From an uncultured Candidatus Actinomarina sp. (GTDB lineage: Bacteria > Actinomycetota > Acidimicrobiia > Actinomarinales > Actinomarinaceae), in assembly GCA_902535055.1 (NCBI GenBank), contig CACASI010000003.1, forward strand, positions 65,336 to 129,335: a DNA stretch of 64,000 nt. The letters are read 5' to 3'. The notes below the pieces were generated by a model, which was not told the origin of the DNA, searched no databases, and saw only the letters and a program-made list of their open reading frames with translations. Below are positions 9,512 through 17,182 of the stretch, one piece after another. Each line of letters begins with the position of its first letter. The stretch's first letter is position 1. Position numbers and translations under genes: made by a program.

Positions 9512-10191
9512 TAACTGATACGAAAACCGTAATTTCAATAAATAATATCTCAAAAACTTACGAAGGACCACCTCCTGTAAAAGCACTGGATGAAGTTTCA
9601 CTAGAAGTAAACCAGGGAGATCTGGTTGCTATCGTTGGTCAATCAGGAAGCGGAAAATCAACTTTGTTAAACATGATTGGCTTACTTGATAGCGTAACCG
9701 CTGGTTCAATTCAAATAGAAGGAAAAGATATATCTGAATTATCTGACAATGAACTCTCAAAATTTAGAGGTGAGAAGATTGGATTTATATTCCAAAGCTT
9801 TTTTCTTTTACCAGGTTTAAATGCACAAGAAAACGTCGCAGAAGGTCTTTTATATCAGGGCATTTCTAGAAGTGACAGGCTTCTTAAAGCAGGAGAGGTC
9901 CTTGAAAAAGTTGGTTTGGGGGATCGCCTTACTCATCTACCTAAAGAACTTTCAGGTGGACAACAACAAAGAGTTGCAATTGCAAGAGCTCTGGTACAGG
10001 ACCCAGCATTCGTTTTGGCAGACGAGCCAACGGGAAACTTAGACAAAGAATCTGGTATTAATATTTTGAATATTTTGAAAGATTTAAATAACCAAGGTAA
10101 AACAGTCATAATGATTACGCACAATCAAGAGCACGCAAACATGTTTAAAAAAGTCGTTGAGTTGGTTGATGGAAAAATTGTAAAACAATGA
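9508..10191 (+). CDS. ABC transporter ATP-binding protein, MacB/LolD type
   Basis: Walker A is GQSGSGKST, the signature is LSGGQQQR and Walker B is [15 protein letters not shown] overlaps occur at both ends. Confidence 0.9.
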   Translation: MITDTKTVISINNISKTYEGPPPVKALDEVSLEVNQGDLVAIVGQSGSGKSTLLNMIGLLDSVTAGSIQIEGKDISELSDNELSKFRGEKIGFIFQSFFLLPGLNAQENVAEGLLYQGISRSDRLLKAGEVLEKVGLGDRLTHLPKELSGGQQQRVAIARALVQDPAFVLADEPTGNLDKESGINILNILKDLNNQGKTVIMITHNQEHANMFKKVVELVDGKIVKQ

Positions 10192-11372
10192 AAAGAAAAA
10201 GATTAAGAACTCGAGATTTGTTTTTTGTTGCGCTTTACGGTGTTCGTGCCAGAAAAGGTAGAGCTACCCTGACATCAATTGGCATAGGCATTGGAATTGC
10301 AGCAATAGTTGCAGTTTCAGGTATTTCAGCATCAGGTAGAGCAGATCTATTATCAACTTTGGAGTCTCTAGGTACAAATTTAGTAAAAGCATCCCCACAG
10401 GCTGGTTTTTTTGGAACCCAGGAAGAACTGCCAAAGGGTGTTTTGGGTATGGTTGAAAGAATAGGTCCAGTTGAAGAAGTAACATCTACAACACAAACTG
10501 ATTTACTAGTACGAAGAAGTAATTTTATTTCTGAATTTGAAGGTGGAGGAATATCAACAATAATTACTAGTTCAGAGCTTTTAGACGTAATAGGTGGAAA
10601 TTTAATTGAAGGTAGATTTATAACTAATGACTTATCTGATATACCAGTAACTGTTTTAGGAAGCGTAACGGCACAAAGATTAGGTATAACTAATCTCTCA
10701 ACACCAACCAAAATACTTATTGATAATGAATGGTTTGGAGTAGTTGGTTTACTAGAAGAGCTGAAGATACATCCTGACTTAGATAGATCAGTTTTTATTG
10801 GATATGGAGTAGCAAAAACTCTTTTTGATATTGACGAAGAGCCAACAACAATTTATTTAAGAGCAAATCCAACTTTTATAGAAGACGTAGTAGAAGTTTT
10901 AGCACCTTCCATGAATCCGGAAAACCCAGACCAAGTGGAAGTTACAAGGCCATCAGACGCACTTGAAGCTCAACAAGCTGCTGAGGAAGCATTTACAAAC
11001 TTATTATTAGGCTTAGGCTCTGTAGCGCTTTTAGTCGGTGGTGTAGCAATAGCAAATGTTATGGTTATGTCAGTTCTTGAGCGAAGAATGGAAATAGGTG
11101 TTAGAAGATCAATAGGAGCAACAAGAAGAGAAATAAGGTATCAGTTTTTACTTGAGAGTATTGTTTTGTCTGGAATAGGTGGCTTAGTAGGTGTTGGCTT
11201 AGGTGCTGTTATTACATTGGCTTATACTAACTACACAAATATTGTATTCTCAATACCTGTATGGCAAATTTTAGGAGCAGTATTTTTAGCATTATTAATT
11301 GGAGCAATATCTGGAGTTTATCCAGCAATAAAAGCGTCAAAAATTCAACCAGCAGAGGCAGTAAGAAAGTAG
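10188..11372 (+). CDS. ABC transporter permease, FtsX/MacB type
   Basis: It has an N-terminal TM helix, a large extracytoplasmic domain and a C-terminal three-helix FtsX domain (..ERRMEIGVRRSIGATRREI..). Confidence 0.85.
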   Translation: MKRKRLRTRDLFFVALYGVRARKGRATLTSIGIGIGIAAIVAVSGISASGRADLLSTLESLGTNLVKASPQAGFFGTQEELPKGVLGMVERIGPVEEVTSTTQTDLLVRRSNFISEFEGGGISTIITSSELLDVIGGNLIEGRFITNDLSDIPVTVLGSVTAQRLGITNLSTPTKILIDNEWFGVVGLLEELKIHPDLDRSVFIGYGVAKTLFDIDEEPTTIYLRANPTFIEDVVEVLAPSMNPENPDQVEVTRPSDALEAQQAAEEAFTNLLLGLGSVALLVGGVAIANVMVMSVLERRMEIGVRRSIGATRREIRYQFLLESIVLSGIGGLVGVGLGAVITLAYTNYTNIVFSIPVWQILGAVFLALLIGAISGVYPAIKASKIQPAEAVRK

Positions 11373-11893
11373 CACTTTTTACAATTGTTCTTGCTCTGAG
11401 TGCATGCACTATCGGTGAAGAAGAAACAAAAGGTGTTGTTTCTATTGATGAAAACACCGTTTCAACAACAATATTTGATGAGGTTACTTTTGAAGAAGGA
11501 GTCTTGGACTTTGCACAATGCATGAGAGAAGAGGGCATTAATTTTCCGGACCCAACATTTGATATAGACGGTAACCCTCAGTTTGATAATGTTGATGTGG
11601 AGAATGAAGACGAATTTGAAGCAGCTTTCACTAACTGTGAAGATATTCTAAGAAATGCACTTCCAGAACAATTTGATTTAGATCCTGAGGTTGAAGCAGC
11701 ATTAGTAGACGCATCTTTAGAGTTTTCTCAGTGCATGAGAGAGGAAGGAATTAGTAATTTTCCTGATCCAACACCTGGTGAATTTGGATTTTTTGCATTT
11801 AGAGATGCAGAAATAGAGTGGACTTCAGATGACGTTCAAGAAGCATTCGAGATTTGCCAACCGGAAAACCCTCTAGAAAATTTAGATGAATAA
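11261..11893 (+). CDS. Secreted lipoprotein, two-repeat Cys-motif family (paralogue 4; start uncertain)
   Basis: The lipobox KKVALFTIVLALSAC lies just after the permease stop. Repeats: FAQCMREEGINFPDP..TNCEDIL and FSQCMREEGISNFPDP..EICQPEN. The only canonical start in frame is ATG 11261, which lies 112 nt inside the permease gene. Confidence 0.6.
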   Translation: MANFRSSIFSIINWSNIWSLSSNKSVKNSTSRGSKKVALFTIVLALSACTIGEEETKGVVSIDENTVSTTIFDEVTFEEGVLDFAQCMREEGINFPDPTFDIDGNPQFDNVDVENEDEFEAAFTNCEDILRNALPEQFDLDPEVEAALVDASLEFSQCMREEGISNFPDPTPGEFGFFAFRDAEIEWTSDDVQEAFEICQPENPLENLDE

Positions 11894-11911
11894 ACAGAGT
11901 AGTATTAAATA

Positions 11912-12853
11912 ATGTCAGAACCTATGAAAAGCAGCATGTTTACCGGTTCTAATCTATTAATTAAGTTTGTAACTGCTGCAGCTTTGGTCTCAGGAGCGGT
12001 TGCATATACTGCTTATTTCTTAATTGGTGATGGAAACATTTCTTCAGATGATATTAATAAAATTTTTGATAAGGCATTAGAAGAAGATCGTGAGATTGTA
12101 ACTACATTGTGTGAAGAAAATTTAAATGAATCTGCAGCAGTTCAAGCATTTCTCGAAAACAATAGTGATTCAAACATTACTGTTAACAATGATGTACTAG
12201 ATACTTTTAAGAATAGATGTAATGATCTATTGGCTACAACCCCCTCTAGTTCTCTAGGCGCTACGTCAACTTCATCTTCAACAACAGTATCTTCAAATGA
12301 AACAACTTCAGATGAAGTTATTGACTTTGATGAATTGTTTTATGAAGAATATTTTAATGTGAAATGGTATTGGGATGTCATTTATTGGGATATAGCAACC
12401 GATGAAATTGTTACTCCTTATTATCAAGAAATTTTTCCAGTTATTTATATAGATGAGGATTCAAAAGAATATCAAATTATCACCAAAGCATTTCAATTAT
12501 GGGACGATGCACTTGACACTGTCTCTTTTGAAAAAGATGATTCAGGCTCTCCAAATGCACAACAAATAACAATAGGTCTTGTAAATGACTTACGAGATGA
12601 AAATGGTTTATTTGAAATTGAATGGGATGAGAACAATGAGATAATTAAAGCCTCAATAATGATTGAAAAAGATCTCGATGAATACTTTTTAACAGCAGTC
12701 CTTCATGAAATAGGCAATGTTCTAGGCCTTGGAGATATACGTACGAGAGGGGATTTACAAAGCATTATGGAGGATCCATATGATGAGATTTTTAAAGATG
12801 ATAAATTATGGGAATTTGATATCAAAATGATAAAACAGCTTTATGGAGAATAA
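11912..12853 (+). CDS. Membrane-anchored metzincin-like protein (M7/M10-like) with degenerate zinc motif
   Basis: It has an N-terminal TM helix, a Ser/Thr-rich linker and a C-terminal domain ending in VLHEIGNVLGLGD..SIMEDP. This is an HExxHxxGxx(H/D)-like motif followed by a Met-turn-like SIM. Confidence 0.55.
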   Translation: MSEPMKSSMFTGSNLLIKFVTAAALVSGAVAYTAYFLIGDGNISSDDINKIFDKALEEDREIVTTLCEENLNESAAVQAFLENNSDSNITVNNDVLDTFKNRCNDLLATTPSSSLGATSTSSSTTVSSNETTSDEVIDFDELFYEEYFNVKWYWDVIYWDIATDEIVTPYYQEIFPVIYIDEDSKEYQIITKAFQLWDDALDTVSFEKDDSGSPNAQQITIGLVNDLRDENGLFEIEWDENNEIIKASIMIEKDLDEYFLTAVLHEIGNVLGLGDIRTRGDLQSIMEDPYDEIFKDDKLWEFDIKMIKQLYGE

Positions 12854-12875
12854 TTTATACTCTTTTTTTGAAAAG

Positions 12876-12890
12876 GCTTTTGCTAAAAGC
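12876..12890. terminator. Short hairpin between convergent genes
   Basis: GCTTTT-gct-AAAAGC is flanked by T-runs and A-runs, between the stops at 12853 (+) and 12900 (-). Confidence 0.3.
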
Positions 12891-12899
12891 TTATAAAGA

Positions 12900-13364
12900 T
12901 TAAATACCTGAATCAAAATACATAGGAGGACTTACTCCTATTGTTTGCCAACACATCCCACTACTAAACTCACATTCATCAAGTACAAATACCCAAGTAA
13001 CAATAAAATACTCATTTTTGTTATTTAAGATTTTTATTTCATAGTGGACTGTTTCACTATCTTTTTGGATAGTCTCATATGAATAATCAGTTAAATCGAT
13101 TATTGAATTATATGGATCAGAGGTAAGCATTAATTTGAATCTGTCAATTGGACCCGTTACTTCTTTATTATCTTTATGAGCGTTGTTCCAAATAATTTCT
13201 ACAGACTTATCTGGATCTTTAGAAAAGTTTTGGTAACTTTCCATAATTTCAACCAATATCTCATCTGGCTCTCTTATTTCTATAGTTTGAGCCGCAGGCT
13301 CTGATTGATTACAAGTAATAAAAAGTAAGCAAATTATAAAAAATTTTAAACTTTTTTTAACCAC
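12900..13364 (-). CDS. Hypothetical secreted lipoprotein
   Basis: It starts at GTG with signal/lipobox MVKKSLKFFIICLLFITCNQ. I recognised no family. Confidence 0.6.
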   Translation of the reverse strand: MVKKSLKFFIICLLFITCNQSEPAAQTIEIREPDEILVEIMESYQNFSKDPDKSVEIIWNNAHKDNKEVTGPIDRFKLMLTSDPYNSIIDLTDYSYETIQKDSETVHYEIKILNNKNEYFIVTWVFVLDECEFSSGMCWQTIGVSPPMYFDSGI

Positions 13365-13452
13365 GAAATACTAAAGTTACCACCAAATAAAGATGCAATA
13401 AAAATGTTAGAAATATGAAAGACCAGAAAAGTCTTTTTTCTAATTTGCTCAC
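13357..13452 (-). CDS. Micro-ORF, 31-aa hydrophobic peptide (paralogue B)
   Basis: It starts at GTG and encodes MSKLEKRLFWSFIFLTFLLHLYLVVTLVFRG. The start overlaps the stop of the upstream paralogue (GTGA), and the stop overlaps the GTG of the lipoprotein gene. It differs from its paralogue at synonymous sites (see findings). Confidence 0.5.
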   Translation of the reverse strand: MSKLEKRLFWSFIFLTFLLHLYLVVTLVFRG

Positions 13453-13556
13453 AACGAGATTGTGAGAAGCCCCATTGAATCAATTACTAGGTACATATGC
13501 AATACAAAAGCTACACCCATAAAACTCCAGAAGGTACGTTTTTCTAATCTACTCAC
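13449..13556 (-). CDS. Micro-ORF, 35-aa hydrophobic peptide (paralogue A)
   Basis: It starts at GTG, preceded by AGGA with a 7-nt spacer, and encodes MSRLEKRTFWSFMGVAFVLHMYLVIDSMGLLTISL. Confidence 0.5.
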   Translation of the reverse strand: MSRLEKRTFWSFMGVAFVLHMYLVIDSMGLLTISL

Positions 13557-13596
13557 ACTTGAATCCTAGTAATAATAAAAAGTTTTACCTAATTAG

Positions 13597-13755
13597 TTAT
13601 TCCTGGTTTGCTCTTTCATATGCTTGGCTGTACAAAATTAATGTAGGAGCCCATAATCCAATATATATTGCAAGCTGAGAGTCATCCAAAACAACGTAAA
13701 TAATTACAGATGCAACAACAGAAACAATACTTGCGTATAAACCTAACTTTATCAT
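13597..13755 (-). CDS. Small membrane protein, 52 aa
   Basis: An ATG ORF encodes MIKLGLYASIVSVVASVIIYVVLDDSQLAIYIGLWAPTLILYSQAYERANQE, with two hydrophobic segments. It is below the ORF-track cutoff. Confidence 0.4.
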   Translation of the reverse strand: MIKLGLYASIVSVVASVIIYVVLDDSQLAIYIGLWAPTLILYSQAYERANQE

Positions 13756-13809
13756 TTATATCCTTTCAGTTTATATTATAATTTAACACGATTATTAATA
13801 TTAATTTAT

Positions 13810-13953
13810 ATGATTGAAACATTAACATCAAATCCATTAACGTTAGTGCTTATATTCCCTGTAGTGACGTTGACAATATTCGTTGTTGGGATAATTAGGA
13901 TGGATATTGCTAAATTTAATCAAAAACATGTTTTTGTCACTGAAGAAGAGTAA
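13810..13953 (+). CDS. Small membrane protein, 47 aa
   Basis: An ATG ORF encodes MIETLTSNPLTLVLIFPVVTLTIFVVGIIRMDIAKFNQKHVFVTEEE, with one TM helix. It lies just upstream of the 166-aa ORF. Confidence 0.35.
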   Translation: MIETLTSNPLTLVLIFPVVTLTIFVVGIIRMDIAKFNQKHVFVTEEE

Positions 13954-13990
13954 CTTTATTATTGTCACAATAAAATACTTATATTAACTT

Positions 13991-14491
13991 ATGGACCTTA
14001 ATAATATTGAAAATCTGGAAGATGTAGAGCTTTTTGATCTTCAGAATCAAATCACCGAAATTATAAAAAAAAGAAATCTTGAAAAGGGAGATATTGAAGA
14101 AATAATAGATAATTCATTCAATATAGGTTTTCCAAAAATTGATGGTGTCGGACTAAACCCATGGATTGATAATTCCTTAATTATTTGTCCTGGAGCAAGA
14201 ATTGATAAAACTAAAACTCGCCATATTTGTAAGTTTATAGTTATTGACGAAGAATGGTCTTGGGAATCGCCTCATATGATAAGTGATGTAATCAGAAGAG
14301 ACCAATCGTCTAAAAATTTTAGACAACACTCTATTACTTTAATCTCACCTTTTGAAGGGATGAAGGTTCAGGTAATATCCCAGAAATCGCAACAAGGCAA
14401 ACATCTTGTTGAGGGAGTCGATTCTTTTGAATTTAGAAATGGAAAGTTAGAAAAAACAATGACCAAAACCTCTAGGTCTAGAGATCACTGA
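13991..14491 (+). CDS. Hypothetical protein
   Basis: It is a clean 166-aa ORF with no motif I recognise. Confidence 0.5.
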   Translation: MDLNNIENLEDVELFDLQNQITEIIKKRNLEKGDIEEIIDNSFNIGFPKIDGVGLNPWIDNSLIICPGARIDKTKTRHICKFIVIDEEWSWESPHMISDVIRRDQSSKNFRQHSITLISPFEGMKVQVISQKSQQGKHLVEGVDSFEFRNGKLEKTMTKTSRSRDH

Positions 14492-14520
14492 TTAATCAGT
14501 AAAGTTTTATAATTTAATAT

Positions 14521-15762
14521 ATGTTGAATGTAGTTGTAATTGGTGGTGGGTTTGGAGGACTTAAATTTCTTCAACGGGCTAGAAGTAGCAAAATTCAATT
14601 TACTCTTATAGACAAGCAAAATCATCATTTATTTCAACCATTACTTTATCAGGTAGCAACTGCAGTTTTATCTCCAGCTAATATTGCTTTTCCAATCAGA
14701 AGAATGTTTAAAAATTACAAAAATGTAAAAGTAATATTAGATGAAGCTGTAGATATAAATCGTGACGAAAAGACTGTGACCATATCAAATGGCGACAATA
14801 TAAAGTACGATCAACTAATTGTAAGTACTGGGTCAAAACATTCTTATTTTGGTAATGAAGACTGGTCTAAATATTCAAATGGACTTAAAGGAATTAATGA
14901 CGCTTTACAAATTCGTGAAAGATTATTGAGGGCGTTTGAAAAAGCTGAGAATGAAAAAAATATTGATAAGAGAGCAAAATATTTAAACTTTGTAGTCGTT
15001 GGTGGTGGACCTACAGGAGTTGAAATGGCTGGCTCAATAGCTGAGATTGCATTTAACAATATGAAGGAAGAGTTTAGAAATTTTAAGAGTTCAGATGCTA
15101 ATGTTTATTTAATTGAAGCTACTGAAAAAATCTTACCAATGTATAGCGACAGGCTGTCTGGAAAAGCAAAAAAGTATCTTGAAGACTTTGGAGTTGAAGT
15201 AAGAACAAATGAGAAAGTTGTGAAAATAGAAAATGATCTAGTCAAGACGGACAAAGAAGACATACATACAGATAACGTTGTGTGGGCAGCAGGTAACGAA
15301 GCAAGCCCAATAATTGAGAAGCTAAATACGAAAACAGATAATGAAGGAAGAGCAATTGTTGACCCAGATTGTTCACTTAAAGACGATGGAAACGTATTTG
15401 TCATCGGAGACGCTGCTAATTATAAAGATAAGAAAAACAACACTCTTCCAGGCATTGCCCCAGTAGCAATCCAACAAGGGAAATATCTCGCAAAAGTTAT
15501 AAAGAGTAAAACAATCAAGAAAGATAGAAAACCTTTTAAATACAATGATAAGGGAATGATGGCAACGGTGGGCAGGTATAAGGCGATAGGTAAAATTGGA
15601 AATATAGAAGTATCTGGTTTTTTAGCTTGGCTCTTTTGGAGTGCAATTCACATTCTGTATTTAATAGGATATAGATCAAAAATATTAGTTGTGATTGAGT
15701 GGATATTTTCCTACCTTTTCAATAAAAAAGGTACAAGATTAATTTACAGAGAACCAACTTAG
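14521..15762 (+). CDS. ndh: Type II NADH dehydrogenase (NDH-2)
   Basis: It has two dinucleotide folds (VVVIGGGFGGL; VVVGGGPTGVEMAG), the GDAA motif and a C-terminal membrane-association helix. Confidence 0.85.
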   Translation: MLNVVVIGGGFGGLKFLQRARSSKIQFTLIDKQNHHLFQPLLYQVATAVLSPANIAFPIRRMFKNYKNVKVILDEAVDINRDEKTVTISNGDNIKYDQLIVSTGSKHSYFGNEDWSKYSNGLKGINDALQIRERLLRAFEKAENEKNIDKRAKYLNFVVVGGGPTGVEMAGSIAEIAFNNMKEEFRNFKSSDANVYLIEATEKILPMYSDRLSGKAKKYLEDFGVEVRTNEKVVKIENDLVKTDKEDIHTDNVVWAAGNEASPIIEKLNTKTDNEGRAIVDPDCSLKDDGNVFVIGDAANYKDKKNNTLPGIAPVAIQQGKYLAKVIKSKTIKKDRKPFKYNDKGMMATVGRYKAIGKIGNIEVSGFLAWLFWSAIHILYLIGYRSKILVVIEWIFSYLFNKKGTRLIYREPT

Positions 15763-15765
15763 AAC

Positions 15766-17142
15766 TTACAACAATAAAAGCGCAATAGCCAGAAAGCCAC
15801 CAAAACCGGCAATATCAGTAACTAATGTAAGAAATATATTTGATGCTAGTGCTGGATCAAATCCTAATTTTTTTAAAATCAAAGGTATTGATGAACCAAA
15901 AAAATTTCCAATAAATATATTAGTAAAAACAGCAGAACCTAAAGCTAAAGAAAAATCACCTAAACCAACAAAGCTCAATATAAAAAATGAAAAAGTGCCA
16001 ACCAAGATGCCATTTATGATTCCGATTAGTGTTTGTTTTCCAATTACATCAAGAACTCTTGCCTCAGAAACATCATTTCGTGCCAAAGCTCTTATTACAA
16101 TTGCTAAAGACTGAGCACCAGAACTTCCCCCAATCAATGCAACTACCGGCATTAAAGCAGCCAGTAATACATTACTAGTAATTGTTTCCTCAAATTGGAA
16201 TATCAAAAACGAAACAATAAAAGCCAAGACCATATTTATTGCTATCCATGGAAGTCGAGACCGTATTGATTTTTGAATAGGTGTAAAAATTGTTTCTTCA
16301 GCCCCTGCACCAAATGATTGAGAAAAATCTTCAGCAATTTCTGTTTGTATAACATCTAATGCGGAATTTATAGTTATTTGACCAATCAATTTATTATCTT
16401 TATCAATTACTGGGAGAGCTAGTAGTTCATATTGTCTTATTAATCCTGCTGCCTCCTCCTGATCAGACGAAGGATTTACAAATACTGGATCTTGAATCAT
16501 TACATTTTTGATTAAGTCGTCTTCATTTGCAAAGACAATTTCTCTAAAAGAAATCACTCCCGTGAGTCTATTTTCTTTATCTACTGAATATACATAAATT
16601 AAATCCTCTACATTATTGTGAAGCGACTTAAGTTCTTTCAGAGCATCTTTAACAGTTAATCCAGTTGATATTTTTGCTACTTCTTCAGACATCTGTCTTC
16701 CTACAGAGTCTTCTGGGTAAGACAGCCTTCTATCTATATTTAGTTTTGTAGATTTGTCTAAAATTTCTAAAATTTCATCAGTTTCATCATCAGTAGATCT
16801 TTCTAAAACATCAACAACGTCTTCTGTATCCATTTGCTTAAAAATCTCCTCAACATTTTTGTCATCCAAAGATTCAACAATTTCAATAATTGCACGTGGA
16901 CGCAGGGATTCAAAAATTTTTACCGCTGTTAAGGTTGAAAGCTCGGTAATTAATTTTCCCGCCTCAATAGGCTCAAATTCTTCAAGTGCATCAGCAGAAT
17001 CGAAAGGATCTTTAGTGGCTATTTGAATCCACAATTGTTTGTTTTCTTCAAGATACCTATAAGCTTTTTCTGGATTAGAACGGGCTAAATCTCTAAGTTC
17101 TTTACCTTTTGATGGATTAACAATTTCATTATTCATGAACAC
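15766..17142 (-). CDS. mgtE: Magnesium transporter MgtE
   Basis: It has an MgtE N-domain, tandem CBS region and a C-terminal five-helix TM domain. Confidence 0.9.
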   Translation of the reverse strand: MFMNNEIVNPSKGKELRDLARSNPEKAYRYLEENKQLWIQIATKDPFDSADALEEFEPIEAGKLITELSTLTAVKIFESLRPRAIIEIVESLDDKNVEEIFKQMDTEDVVDVLERSTDDETDEILEILDKSTKLNIDRRLSYPEDSVGRQMSEEVAKISTGLTVKDALKELKSLHNNVEDLIYVYSVDKENRLTGVISFREIVFANEDDLIKNVMIQDPVFVNPSSDQEEAAGLIRQYELLALPVIDKDNKLIGQITINSALDVIQTEIAEDFSQSFGAGAEETIFTPIQKSIRSRLPWIAINMVLAFIVSFLIFQFEETITSNVLLAALMPVVALIGGSSGAQSLAIVIRALARNDVSEARVLDVIGKQTLIGIINGILVGTFSFFILSFVGLGDFSLALGSAVFTNIFIGNFFGSSIPLILKKLGFDPALASNIFLTLVTDIAGFGGFLAIALLLL

Positions 17143-17182
17143 CTGATATTTACTTTAATTAGATTTTATAAGTTTATTTTGA

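Noticed and set aside
10235-10711. A 158-aa minus-strand ORF inside the FtsX/MacB permease gene. Similar antisense ORFs lie at 41828-42388, 44307-44627, 49347-49730, 50238-50603 and 60104-60493.
   Set aside because: All lie antisense to genes with strong family motifs, none has a motif of its own, and none has independent start context.
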